Below, piece after piece: positions 37,435 through 50,166 of a DNA stretch of 64,000 nucleotides. Origin of the DNA: Phoronis australis (lineage: Eukaryota; Animalia; Phoronida); contig NMRA01000480.1 of the NCBI GenBank assembly GCA_002633005.1, positions 62,001-126,000 of the forward strand, in the 5' to 3' direction. The notes below the pieces were generated by a model. The model saw nothing but the letters and a program-made list of their open reading frames with translations, was not told where the DNA came from and did no database searches. The position numbers were made by a program, and so were the translations under genes. The first letter of the stretch is position 1; every line of letters begins with the position of its first letter.

Positions 37435-40037
37435 TTTAGAAATGAAATCGGATACAAAATGGCCGCCACGTCCGCCATTTTGAATCCGATCATGACCAAA
37501 AACAATAGGCTTCTAGGACTTTCCAAACTACACGTTGTGTGCAAATTTCGTGAAAATCGGACGAAAATTGCGACCTGTAGAGTGCGAACAAACAAAATGA
37601 AAGCGCTCCGAGGAGCGAACCTTGGCGAAATTAACCAAAAAGATGACGATAAAGATGATGACAAAGATGACGAATATGACGACGATGGTGAAAAAAAGTA
37701 TTAATAACATACACATGGCGAACGTAGAGGTCCGAAATCAGTAAGAAAAAGGCTACAGTCTTGTGCGGCACTTGGCGAAATTAACGGAAAAGACAACGAC
37801 GGAGATGATGACGAAGATGACGAAGATGATGACGAATATGATGATGGTGGTGGCGATGATGAACAACATCACAACATTCATATGACGAATTTAGATGTCA
37901 TAAATCAATAAGAAATAGGCTACAGTCTAGTTCAATAGAAGATATACCAACATCAATGCAGCAAGAGCGCTCAACAAAGGAACAGCGTTATCAGAAAATC
38001 TCAAATAACTCGAAAAGTAGACGTCCTAGCGAAAAATGGAAAACATCTTCTGAAAGCCCGTTCAAAATTCTATCTAAACAGATGGTATCGCCTAATTCCG
38101 TAAATTTTTCGAAAAAAATGAAATTTTGCTTATTTTTTAAGAAATTCAAAGTCAAATAACTCGAAAACGGTAAGTCTGAGAAAAAAATTGTTATAGGCCA
38201 TTTGAAAGAAAATACTTCAAAGAATCCACATGCAAAAAATCACGTCTTTTTCTCTTCCCGTTTAAAATCGCAGTCCAGCACGACTGAAAATGGGTCAACA
38301 TGCGCCAGATCCGCCATCTTGAAAGCAACTTTCGGTTTTTTGGTTTTGTATAATAGCATGTCATAAGAAACTAATACCTGTAAAAATTCGAAGGAATTGG
38401 TCTGATAATGCGCCCTCTACAGGAGAAAACGTTTTTAGGCCAAAATCGAGGTGCGCATGCGCGATCGCCGATATTTCCGCCATCTTTAACCGGAAGTAAA
38501 CAATTTCCGGCATACTTGTAGCAAACTTCCGGTCCATTTACTGTGCCGATTCTTAGCCTTTTACGTAAAAAATTGTAGCCTCCAGAAGCATTTGAACCTT
38601 TAAATGGAAACAAAATGGCCGCCACAGCCGCCATCTTGGATCCGATTTTGACGAAAAACAATAGGCTTCCAGTACTTCCGGAAGTACGTGTTATGTGTAA
38701 ATTTCGTGATGATCGGACGAAAATTGCGACCTGTATCGTGCGAACAAACAAAAAAATGAAAGCGCTCCGAGGAGCGAACCTTGGCGAAATTAACCAAAAA
38801 GATGACGATAAAGATGATGACGAAGATGACGAATATGACGACGATGGTGGCGAGGATGAACAAAAGAAGTAATAATAACATACACATGACGAACGTAGAA
38901 GTCCGAAATCAGTAAGAAAAAGGCTACAGTCTTGTGCGACACTTGGCGAAATTAACGGAAAAGACAACGACGGAGATGATGACGAAGATGATGACGATGA
39001 TGACGAATATGATGATGGTGGTGGCGATGATGAACAACATCACAACATTCATATGACGAACTTAGATGTCATAAATCAATAAGAAATAGGCTACAGTCTA
39101 GTTCAATAGAAGATAAACCAACATCAATGCAGCAAGAGCGCTCAACAAAGGAACAGCGTTATCAGAAAATCTCAAATAACTCGAAAAGTAGACGTCCTAG
39201 CGAAAAATGGAAAACATCTTCTGAAAGCCCGTTCAAAATTCTATCTAAACTGATGGTATCGCCTAATTCCGTAAATTTTTCGAAAAAAATGAAATTTTGC
39301 GTTTTTTTTAAGAAATTCAAAGTCAAATAACTCGAAAACGGTAAGTCTGAGAAAAAAATTGTTACAGGCCATTTGAAAGAATATACTTCAAAGAATCCAC
39401 ATGCAAAAAATCACGTCTTTTTCTCTTCCCGTTTAAAATCGCACTCCAGCACGACTGAAAATGGGTCAACATGCGCCAGATCCGCCATCTTGAAAGCAAC
39501 TTCCGGTTTTTTGGTTTTGTATAATAGCATGTCATAAGAAACTAATACCTGTAAAAATTCGAAGGAATTGGTCTGATAATGCGCCCTCTACAGGAGAAAA
39601 CGTTTTTAGGCCAAAATCGAGGTGCGCATGCGCGATCGCCGATATTTCCGCCATCTTTAACCGGAAGTAAACAATTTCCGGCATACTTGTAGCAAACTTC
39701 CGGTCCATTTACTGTGCCGATTCTTAGCCTTTTACGTAAAAAATTGTAGCCTCCAGAAGCATTTGAACCTTTAAATGGAAACAAAATGGCCGCCACAGCC
39801 GCCATCTTGGATCCGATTTTGACGAAAAACAATAGGCTTCCAGTACTTCCGGAAGTACGTGTTATGTGTAAATTTCGTGATGATCGGACGAAAATTGCGA
39901 CCTGTATCGTGCGAACAAACAAAAAAAAAACAGTAGAAGAGCAACATACTTGACGAAATTTATTTCGCCAAGTAAAAAAAAAAAACTTGCTGTCAAACCA
40001 ACATACTTGACGGAATTCGAAGAATTCCGCCAAGTAA
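37435..40037 (-). mobile_element. Family A element in minus orientation, expanded into about 2.2 tandem units of about 1.16-1.17 kb
   Basis: aaaacaataggctt recurs at about 37499, 38656 and 39827, and the units are near-identical. The family 5' hairpin lies at about 40005-40037. Confidence 0.85.
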
Positions 40038-40644
40038 TAAACCAATCTATGCATTTAATGTACTATGGGTAGTAGTGGCAAGGAAAAAATATCATAAATC
40101 ATTAGCAGACTGGGAGTTTAATACTATCTTCATGCAGGATTATTGTCCAGTCTCGAGCAGTGCCAATGTCTGATGTAGCAGTGGAAAATTCCATTTCCCA
40201 TTATTTTGTGGTTAATGTGAAACTAGAGCATGGCATTTAGCCTGGCCTTACAATCCTTTGTCTTGCTAGGTTCACTGTAAGCAAGTGAGATTACCCAATG
40301 AATGCTGTCTAAAGTGTTATTTTTAGTTGTCACATAAATGTACTACATGTCTCCTAGTTGTTTGCATAACTAATGAAACATGAAATAAAGCAGATGGTTA
40401 CATGAAGGACGACATAATGATGTAGTTTTTTAATGTCTTATGTTTTTGTGGCCCACTAAAATAAATGTCATGTCTTGACACAAGTGTACAACACTTAAGT
40501 GGACACAAGCTTTCATTACAGACTTCAGTTTAGAGACCTCAAATGCAGGTAGTTGGGTATATTTTAGAAAAAATGCTGGTATGTTGGGTAATGTTCAGTT
40601 CCGAAAGCACCACCAGGAAGTTTTAATGCATCTAAGTTGTCATT

Positions 40645-43285
40645 TTTATGTCCCTGCATATTTATATGTGGGTGCATATTGCCATCATCTCTGTTTGGCC
40701 CTCTTGGGTCAACAGCTGTTTCTCCTAAACCCCAAGCAGGATCTTGATAGGATTTGACAGATGTGTTCCTATGAAGGTGACTACAGATGATGATGAAGTT
40801 CTGACTATCAGTGTGCCCCCTAGTGGCAATTTTATTTTTTTAGGCTTGCCCCTGTATCTTCAAAGGTCCTCAACAGATTTCGTCAAATTTGGCTCATAGG
40901 AATCAGTCTTACTATTTTTGGATGGATTCGAGGTATTTTGTGCCTCCTAGTGGCCATTTTTACTGTTTTTGAGTTTGTTCATTGGTGTACGCCCCTCTAT
41001 CAACCAAGCCATTTTAAGGATGATTGTGAAAATTGGCATATATGATGTTTATGTGAAGAGGGCAATTGAAAATGATTTTCCCACGATTTCGACTACTGTG
41101 GCAGTTTTGTTTTTTGCACCCTTAGCTGTATCCAACACCACAAAATGAGTCTTTTGTAGGGATTTGTCATTTTTGTAATTAATTTTTATGAAAATACAGT
41201 ATTTTCTTATCATTTTGATGTATGAAACATGTCCTTGTCCTAACAAATGGCCATTTCTAGTCGGGGGGAAAGCGAAAATTTAGAGCTTACAAAAGTAAAG
41301 GAAAATGGCCAAGAAAAAGTGCTGATAGTGTCTTTAAAATTTCCATAGCTACCTGCAATTGAGTACTACATTTTTGACATTAGTATACACAACATAAACA
41401 AATAAAAGTAATCAAAATTAGAAAAAATATTGACCTTATTACACAGTTTCGGCTTAAAAGGAGTGATATTCATGTTGGGTTAGCAACTGGGTCAATAAAT
41501 TTCCCAGCTAATGTATACAGGATCAGTCCATTTGTGGCAGGAGGGGTTACCGCAAGTAAAAAAGGTAGTTAAAGTGTATTTTGGGGGAAGTTTGATAAAA
41601 TAAAGTCCTGTAGATTACAAAATACACATTAGTGGCTGACTTTTTCTTAACAATAATTCAAAATTTTACGCTAGTATAAATAATTTTGAAAATAAGTGAC
41701 CATCCCTCATCCCTGTCCAAGTCCTTCACTGACAACTGCAGAGCAAGGATTTCCTCGACATCACACTGAGTGATGCAGGCCTGTCCAAGATTGTTCTCTC
41801 TTTCAGTAACTTTGAGCTGCTTGCACCCAATTGGCTTTGCAGGAACAAGACAATGTTCTGCGATTAAGCTAATCCAGACTGTTCAAGTTCTGCTTGTTCC
41901 AATCCAAGGTAACGGAATTCACGATGGGTCAATCATGAATTGATGAAACCCATCTTGCGACCACTTGCTGTCGTCAGACGCCTCGTCGCTGTTCCGAAAT
42001 TCATCCTTGTCTCCATCCACAAAGGTGCTCTTCGATGAGTTCAGTTAATTCTCGCTGATCTTGATACGGCAGTTAGCGGCAAGAGTTAATCACTGAGATA
42101 TCGGCTACAGGATGATCAGCCATCTTGCTGTCTTGTAAACATGCCATGACCTTGCGACCCCACAATTTTATGCCCACTTGACTAGTTCTAGCGAATGAGG
42201 TCAGCTATGAATTAGGTTAAAAGGTCGTTGCTTACTAAAAGACTGGTGAATGGCAAGAATTTACCCCAAATGCAAAAAGTGAAATTACGACTAATGATTG
42301 GATGAAAAAATCATTACTAAATGCACAATGAGCAGAGTTTGACCTTTCTGTTGATGTGTTTACAGGTGAATTGGGTCATCGGGTGATTGAGCAATGCGGT
42401 CACGAAAACTGGCAAATTTTAATGAAAATTTCACGAGCTATCCAGTCGTGGAGAAGGTGATGTTTTTCAAAATGAAGTAAATAAGGTTTTGAAATGAAGT
42501 TTGCTTGTTTTAAAGCAACGTTTTGTGAAGTAGAATGAATAAATAATCATAATCTGCAATAAAAAAATTTGACCTAGGTTTCACCGAAAGCAACTGCAAT
42601 CTGGTCAGGAAATAGAGTTTCCGACATAAAACTCATTTTGTCGTGCTGGGTCACAAATGTACTTTAGGATCTTTATTGAATTGAGCAATGGTATTTATAT
42701 GAAGTTGACAATGGAAGACGTCGACTTTTAGACGGATCCGACAAACGCTGTGCCCCCTCAGTGGCAATTTAGAGGAGGCAGTGTGGCCCGCTTTCTTTAC
42801 TCGAGGTCGTGGGTTTGAGTCCCACCAGGTCACACTGCTAAACCCTTGAGCCAAGTTTCTAGCTCCTCAGCTCAATTTTAACCACATATTAATAAAGCAT
42901 AGAAATAGTTCCAGGTGATCAGTGCAATGGGCCCACATGCGAGGCCTATGCACGTCTGGTACAACGTGTATCAGAACGCTTGCAATTGTTTTTGTGTTTT
43001 AGAGGCAATTTAATTTTCTTCCTCGATTTCTCAGAATTTCGTTGACAGATTTTTATGAAATTTGGTAAATAACTTTGATGACATACATCAGTTTTCGGAT
43101 GGTTCTACATATTTTGTGCCTTCTAGTGGCCATTTTTATGATTCAAGTAAACACCTCTAGAAGCACACGGTTTGCGGTGCATTTCAAGGCTCCGCGTTGC
43201 TCTTGTAATACATTTAGAAACCTCTAGAAGCACACCGTTTGTGGTGCAGTCGTGGGCGCATTTCAATGCTCAGCGTTGCTCTTGT
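40645..43285 (+). mobile_element. Family B element with nested insertions and duplicated 3' end
   Basis: Starts tttttatgtccctgcata. Homology to 35990-36610 breaks at about 41125 and resumes at about 42750/43000. The terminal module gttgctcttgt occurs twice (about 43206 and 43285). Confidence 0.6.
42771..42992 (+). mobile_element. tRNA-derived SINE
   Basis: Head gaggcagtgtggc, B-box gggtttgagtccc, body ...gatcagtgcaatgggcccacatgcg...gtacaacgtgtatc. A second copy lies inverted at 59690-60912. Confidence 0.7.
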
Positions 43286-43613
43286 ATGTAGAAAGCTTGG
43301 CAAGGTGATATGTAGTTAGTGAGCTTGGAAGGGTGATTTATAGTTAGCAAGCTTTGGAGGGTAATTTTTATCTAGCAAGCTTGGGAGGATGATTGATGAG
43401 TACATACTATAAAATCAGCGCATATATAAACAACATATTATCAAAGGTTTATTGTCTCTAAATCATTCTCAGACTAAAGTAAACAATATTCCAATCAGGT
43501 GACACAGGTGGAGAACAGACTGTACAGCTACGCATTGTGTGGGAAGAGGTCAGAAATCAAAACAGCTGGAGCTCAAATGAACCAAAATGTTTTTATTCCG
43601 ATTGTGTGATCCA

Positions 43614-46480
43614 CCGTAAACGTTCGGGTTATTGCTCTGGGCAGTTAAATTGGCAAACCCAAAACTTCAGAGATGGGCGGTTAACGTGAAATTTCAAGAA
43701 ATCGTGGGTGGACTGTTAACCGAACGTGGGCGCTTATTACTACAGAAATTGCTCTGGGTGGTTAATGTTACATCATGATCAGAGTCCCACACTACACACG
43801 TACTCGGAACGCGTAGAACTTTTCAAAGAGCTTTACTTTGAAGTTGCCAAACATTGGTAAAAATGTCATAATAGTGGATGATCCCAACAAATGTTTTGTT
43901 TCCTTCAGATTACTCATTCACAATTAAATTTACAAAATTGGTGAGTAATAGCCCTGTGTTGTCCTGCGATCAAGAGCTGTAGTGCGCAGATGACCAGTGA
44001 CAAAAACTTGAATTGCAACTATTCTCATGCGATGACACTGTGCGCGTGTGAGCTTCACGCAGAGGTCACAGCAGACATCAAATTCATGGTGCTAGCTGTC
44101 AAGTTCTGCATCAGAGACCAGAGTAGATGTAGTAAAAGTTTGAAAAACTAATGCAGGTGTTTTTTGTGTTTGGGATGTTTGTGTTCGAGACTCTGTGACT
44201 CATTGACATTTACAACATATGGCTAGCTGTTTTATTTCGACCACCCGGCGTTGCTCACTTCCAGTTGCATGAACTATCCCATGCAAAGAAGACAAGAATC
44301 GGGGGGTTAGCGGACATGAGCCAGTTGTCAATCAAAAGTTATCGCAAACACATTACTCAAACACAAGCACTTGCTTAATATTTTATTTAAAAATGACAAT
44401 GACTGGGGATGAGTTTAGTGAGTGCATACTGTAGAGTTCGAGGAAAATATTACTAGTTCGTACATGTATCTGCATCGGTAAAAAATAATCCGTAAATGAA
44501 GCCCCAATTATTGGTGTAACGGCACCAGTGGATTGCACGGCTATATGACGTAAAGAGCGCTAACCGGCAACGCGTCCTTACCAAGTCAGTGTTGTTGCGA
44601 GTCCGCACTCAGCATAATGAATTGCAGGTCGCATTGGCGATCTCGTATCGTCTTCTATGTAGTCGTAACATGCCACCTGGAAATTCCAACGTACGCGAGT
44701 CAATTTTTTGAGGTAAAGTAGACACCTGGCAAACATAAAGCAACATGTATTGTTGCCAAATCAAGCTGAACACTTCTAGAGAAAAAATGGCCCTCTTATT
44801 GAGTTGTAAGCATGTCGCGTGAACATGGGATGTAATTCAGAACCTATCATTAATGGTTTCATTGACTAACGTTACGGCTACTTTTGCAATTTTTCGGATT
44901 TTCGAAATGCCAAAGAAAATTTTGTCCCACGGCATAAACATGTGATAAACGTCATAAAACAGCGATGTTTCTATTCCTTATTAAAGGATCAACTTTCCTA
45001 ACTTTGTGGTGGAGAAACATTTATTTTACACATAATATATACAGATTATCCAATTATAATGTCACCTATAATCGCACTGCAGCACTGGTCGGTCCCGCTG
45101 TTTGCTTGCAAAATGCCGACAGACAATGGTGACTTGGAAATACCATCAAGTATTATAACGGCCTCTATTAATATGCATTTCATTTTTTGTGGCAAAAGAC
45201 AGCAGCGAGATTCAGCACTCGCATAAGAATGAGTCACCTGTCAATCTCATATGTTGCTGTTAAGGTAACATGCATTCCAGAGTTTGGGAACTTATGCGCG
45301 TACACCACTTCAAAGTCACATATCAAAAGAGAACAGCGACAGTTCTAAGTAAAGGACTATACCGGGGTGACTGTACTTTTAAGCTTTTGTTATGAAAGAC
45401 CCAGTGTTTTACAATATTCCTCCATTGCAATGACCCAAAACTGCGATGTCAAGTCTGTTCCAATATTTCCTGGCTCGATGTTCCATAGGCCCAATGTTCC
45501 ATGCCCGTAGCTAGCTGCGTGCACATCATTGCCACTGCCGCCATTTTTTAGTCAGACTACATCGTAGATATTTCAGACTCGAATGGTAAGAATTTTGTTC
45601 AGGCTGATACTGGCCTATTAAGAAACAAAAATATTCGGGAAGCTAAAACGGGTTGGTGGAATACGGCAATTCACACAGTCGCACCTAGGCGGGAGTTGTC
45701 GCAAGAAATCGTATTACAAAGAACCTCCAGCGACATTGGCGAAATCTGCTAATGCCAGTTTGACTGAGATGCAATAAGCGAAAAACAAAACTTGACTTGC
45801 AGTTTTTTATTACTTCAAGATGATACACAAACATCCAGTAAAGTATTGCCAACTTTTGAATTCGTAAATCAAGAGACAGGAAATCGTTAACCCAGTGAGG
45901 CACATTGTCCGTTCTTTCGCCACACATCCTCGATAACCTGTCAATGGCATTCATCAGAATAGGGAGGATTTGACATCTTTCCGTGAGTTATGGGTTTCTT
46001 CAAAATATGATGGCTTCCCACCCATAGCGAATTGGAAGGGTTGGCAAAACCTCTGTCACATTTCTCTGGCCTGATTTTTCCGAATATATGTTTTATCTAG
46101 TACACTGCAGACGGAAACTCAGTGCGGCAGACAGCATCACTGAAAGCTGAGGTATTGAAGTAAATCCATGACTCGAGACAATGATTTGTTACTTGTATTG
46201 CAATTCACATTGCCGTACCGCCAGCTTGGAGGTCATCCTTGCACTAGTTGTGATTATCAATTGAAAAGCCGGGGAATTCCTTTTTTTCTTAGCACTGGGC
46301 ACTAAATCTTCAAACTTTTAAAGTCGGGGATGGATGCTTAACTGAGGGGTGGGCGCTTAACTAGAAATCTTCAAAAATCCAAGAGGAACACTTAACTGAG
46401 CAGTGGTCGCTTAAATCGGAAATGCTCAAGTTGGGGATGGGTGGTTAAGTGAACATGAGCGTTAAACCTAATGTTTACGA
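43614..46480. mobile_element. Tc2/pogo-type non-autonomous TIR element family J, about 2.9 kb
   Basis: CCGTAAACGTTCGGGTTA ... TTAAACCTAATGTTTACGA|TA, with subterminal gggcgctta repeats. The first 880 bp are colinear with 62425-63276. Confidence 0.75.
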
Positions 46481-46482
46481 TA

Positions 46483-46945
46483 TATCTAGCATGCCTGGGA
46501 GGGTGATTTATATCTAGCAAGCTTGAGAGGGTGGTTTATATCCATCAAGCTTGGAAGTGTGGTTTATATCTAGCAAGCTTGAGAGGGTGGTTTATATCCA
46601 TCAAGCTTGGGAGTGTGGTTTATATCTAGCAAGCTTGGAAGTGTGGTTTATATCTAGCAAGCTTGAGAGGTCGGTTTATATCCATCAAGCTTAAAATTGT
46701 GGTTTATATCTAGCAAGCTTGAGAGGGTGGTTTATATCCATCAAGCTTGGAAGTGTGGTTTATATCTAGCAAGCTTGGGAGGGTGGTTTATATCCATCAA
46801 GCTTGGAAGTGTGGTTTATATCTAGCAAGCTTGAGAGGGTGGTTTATATCCATCAAGCTTGGAAGTGTGGTTTATATCCATCTAGCTTGGGAGGGTGGTT
46901 TATATCCATCAAGCTTGGAAGGGTGGTGGTTTATATCTAGCAAGC
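46483..46945. repeat. 28-bp minisatellite with alternating variants
   Basis: gtggtttatatctagcaagcttgagagg / gtggtttatatccatcaagcttggaagt, about 16 units. Degenerate units also occur at 43290-43395. Confidence 0.95.
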
Positions 46946-47104
46946 TGTTGTAAAGGTTATAAAGTAGTGTGAACAGTAAGCCCAAGGCTATAAGTTCTTT
47001 TTGCAAAGAAGAAATAAATTCATTGACGCTGTCATCTAGTGTCTTGAACCAGAAATTTTGGTTTAACTGCTGTTGGTATAGACATCTGGGTAAATCTGCA
47101 CTGA

Positions 47105-47502
47105 TTTAGTTCACAATGTAGCTGACAAATGAACATTTTATTTAGCACACAATGTGGCTGACAAGTGAACATCTTATTTAGCACACAATGCAGCTGACAA
47201 ATGAACATTTTATTTAGCACACAATGTGACTGACAAGTGAACATCTTATTTAGCACACAATGTAGCTGATAAGTGAACATTTTATTTAGCACACAATGTG
47301 GCTGACAAGTGAACATCTTATTTAGCACACAATGTAGCTGATAAGTGAACATTTTATTTAGTACACAATTTGGCTGACAAGTGAACATCTTATTTAGCAC
47401 ACAATGTAGCTGATAAGTGAACATTTTATTTAGCACACAATTTGGCTGACATGTGAACATCTTATTTAGCACACAATGTGGCTGATAAGTGAACGTCTTA
47501 TT
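47105..47502. repeat. 36-bp minisatellite, about 11 copies
   Basis: Unit tttagcacacaatgtggctgacaagtgaacatctta. Confidence 0.95.
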
Positions 47503-47511
47503 TTGTCAAAA

Positions 47512-50166
47512 GTGCCGTTTACACTACAAAAGTTTACACGGATCAGCTGACACGGAACAAGATGTTCCAGTGCAAGTATGTATGTTAACGGGACTGACAC
47601 GAAGCAAACTGACACCACGGTGACAACTTTTGCCATCCGTTTGTGAGGTAGAGCAGTTTGCGCTCGAACATCTTGCTCCGTGTCATTTATATGTCTAAAC
47701 ACGAAACTGGGGCAAGGCAGAAAGGATCATCTCTACTGCGCTTGTGCAATGGCCTACATACAGGCTCTCTGTCTCTGCAACTCCCGCTACTTGAAAACCT
47801 GCGCATGTGCATTCCGCTCTCCAGCGTAAAACTTCCGTCTTGCCACAGTTAGTGATATTGTGTGCAGTGTTCTCCACATCTGAAAATCTAAACAGGTCAC
47901 GCACGTAAAAACTACTACGTGCCGGAACTGCGGGGCGGTCAACGTTCTCCATAAGCTAGTGTGCAGTGTTTTGTGCATCTTATTTTTACCCACTCATTTT
48001 AATAGTAATGCACAGTAGTGCAAACAAATAACTGAGTGTATTCAACTTTTTACTTTTAAAAGTTGGACTTATTTACAAACATATCACATATGTCATAACC
48101 CATTTGCTTAGTCAATGACTTTGAAATGGAAGTCTACAGAGTATTTGATGCAGTATGGGGAAATGTATGATGTCAATGTCAACTAAGTACAAAAAGTCTA
48201 ACACAGAAGTAAACTTTTCCTATGATGTAGACAGTCCAAGTGAAGTGTCTTTGTTAAGTCAGTCATATTTTTATGTCTTGATAGCAGAGTTTACGTTTTC
48301 TCTCAGTCTGTACGTGTAATATCTTGCACATTCTTACAGTCTGAATTTGATGTTCTGAAGCTGGTACAACATATTGCACTTCTGCACTACCAGAACTCTT
48401 GTAAAAACTGCACAATACGTGAGTCCCCCTTGAATGCAAATTAGGTAGGTTAAACAAAATAATTCACTTGCGTTTTCCATCTAGGCCTACTTGGACGGGA
48501 GTGTCAGGCCTGTTGATGACAACCAATATTTCTAAAAAGATATCAACTGAATTATCAAACGCTTGCAACTATGGAATTCCCATAATTTTCTGGATTGTCA
48601 CAAACTCATTCTTCCAGATGAAAACCATCTATTCTCATGTTAGAGCGAATTGTATTCATTTGTATTGCCGATGTCTGACGTTGTCGGCAAAAATTCGGTT
48701 CACCGTTTGTGACACGGATATCTTCGATTCGTTGACCGAGCCCGGCAATATCACCACCATCCGGCCCTGGATTATCTGTCGTATCTGCATCTGAGTCAAC
48801 GTCAGTATCTGAAACATCTCTCGGTTTTTAAAATAATCCTTAGGTTTAGCCGTTTAGCGGTGCTTCGCTTTCGCGCGGCAGGCGACATTTCTAAGTATGT
48901 AGAATGCCCTTGTCAATTGGTAACGGAAGCCAGCCAGGATAGAATTCACTTACATAAGGACCAAGCTAGGTAAACAAAACTCTGCGAGATTACGCGAGAT
49001 ATTACCGCTTGATTTCAATGAGAGCACGTGATTTTGGCTGCAGTTTCTCAGCGTGAAACACGTATACTTTGAACTTTACTCAGTGACGTCACCCGCTGTC
49101 CCAAATCTCGGAATTCTCCCCCGAAACCGTAAACGTCACACCCACTATCGAAGTTGAGTTTGCGAACGGCTCGGCAGATTTTTAGTGGGAGTATGCGCCA
49201 CAAGCATAATGTTCATGCTGCCAACGAAACTCCTTATAAGGCAACGAGATGAACTCGGTCAATCTCAATGGGCCGGTGCCACAAAAAGTAACCAATAATA
49301 GAAATACACAAACAACAACCAATGAGAACCATCAAAGGGAGTTTCATGCAAGTGTTTTTGAGACTGGTATCGGTAAAGTCTGTCGTGGGGCCCACGGAAT
49401 ATTGAAAAATGTGCTACAAAAACCAAAATTCTGGCCTCCCAGAAGACGGCCGTTGCATAAACTGCTGTGCAACGGTGTCTTTGCTGACAACATATACTTC
49501 GCAGAACTAACCACCGACCTTAGTTATTTTATTTTCAATGGGTAATATGATTACCATAGTTCTCCGCCGAACACAAAAAGCTGACTGCAAAAGCGATAAG
49601 GCCTAACGCAACGATCAGCGACTTTCGTGCCGCACTGCACCTCCAGTGAGTAGGTAGTGGATTAGGCATATAGGTAGTACTGGGCCTTTGTTTAAACTGA
49701 CTAGTTGTTCGGGATGAATTGAAAAGATAATCGAGAGATTATTTTCACGCCACGTTACATCATAAATAGACCTGCGGCCGGCTGCCGCTTGAGTGAGTCC
49801 GGTAATTAGGCTGTTCACAACGGACCATCGACTTCCTTAGGCTTCGCCTTTATTCAGTTTCAATGGGCTATGGCCAGTTGCTGTCAAGTGTAATTTGAAC
49901 CAGTGAAGAACTTATTAATGACGACGACGCCTTTTTTACAAAGTAGTCCCTATATTTTTAAACTGGTCGCGGGATTTTTAAACAGGACGCTGGATTTTTA
50001 AACAGGACGCGGGACATTTAAACAGGACGCGCGTTCGGCCAAACAGGACGCTGCGACACGTTAAAAGTGGTCGTGGAGAACACTGGTGTGTGTAAACGGC
50101 CACTTGACACCGATCAAGTTGCTCGTGTCAGTTGCGCTGGGTCAAAAGTTGATGTCTAAACGGGTC
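47512..50166. mobile_element. Harbinger-like non-autonomous element hosting a nested TIR element
   Basis: Imperfect TIRs GTGCCGTTTACAC..CTGACACG / CGTGTCAG..GTCTAAACGGGTC|TAA. Confidence 0.5.
47865..50085. mobile_element. hAT-like non-autonomous element, 2.2 kb, 13-bp perfect TIR
   Basis: CAGTGTTCTCCAC / GTGGAGAACACTG, with GTGTG on both flanks and subterminal aaacaggacgc repeats at 49960-50052. The same terminus occurs at 54239. Confidence 0.7.

Noticed and set aside
37369-38967. ORFs with poly-Asp/Glu or poly-Ser/Ile tracts (acidic, biomineralisation-like or membrane-like peptides)
   Set aside because: They are translations of the (gat/gac)n tract in the family A repeat, open on both strands, and frames are not kept between copies.
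47032-47472. 146-aa Cys/His repeat ORF resembling a zinc-finger array
   Set aside because: It is a by-product of a 36-bp minisatellite. It lacks C2H2 spacing and splice context.
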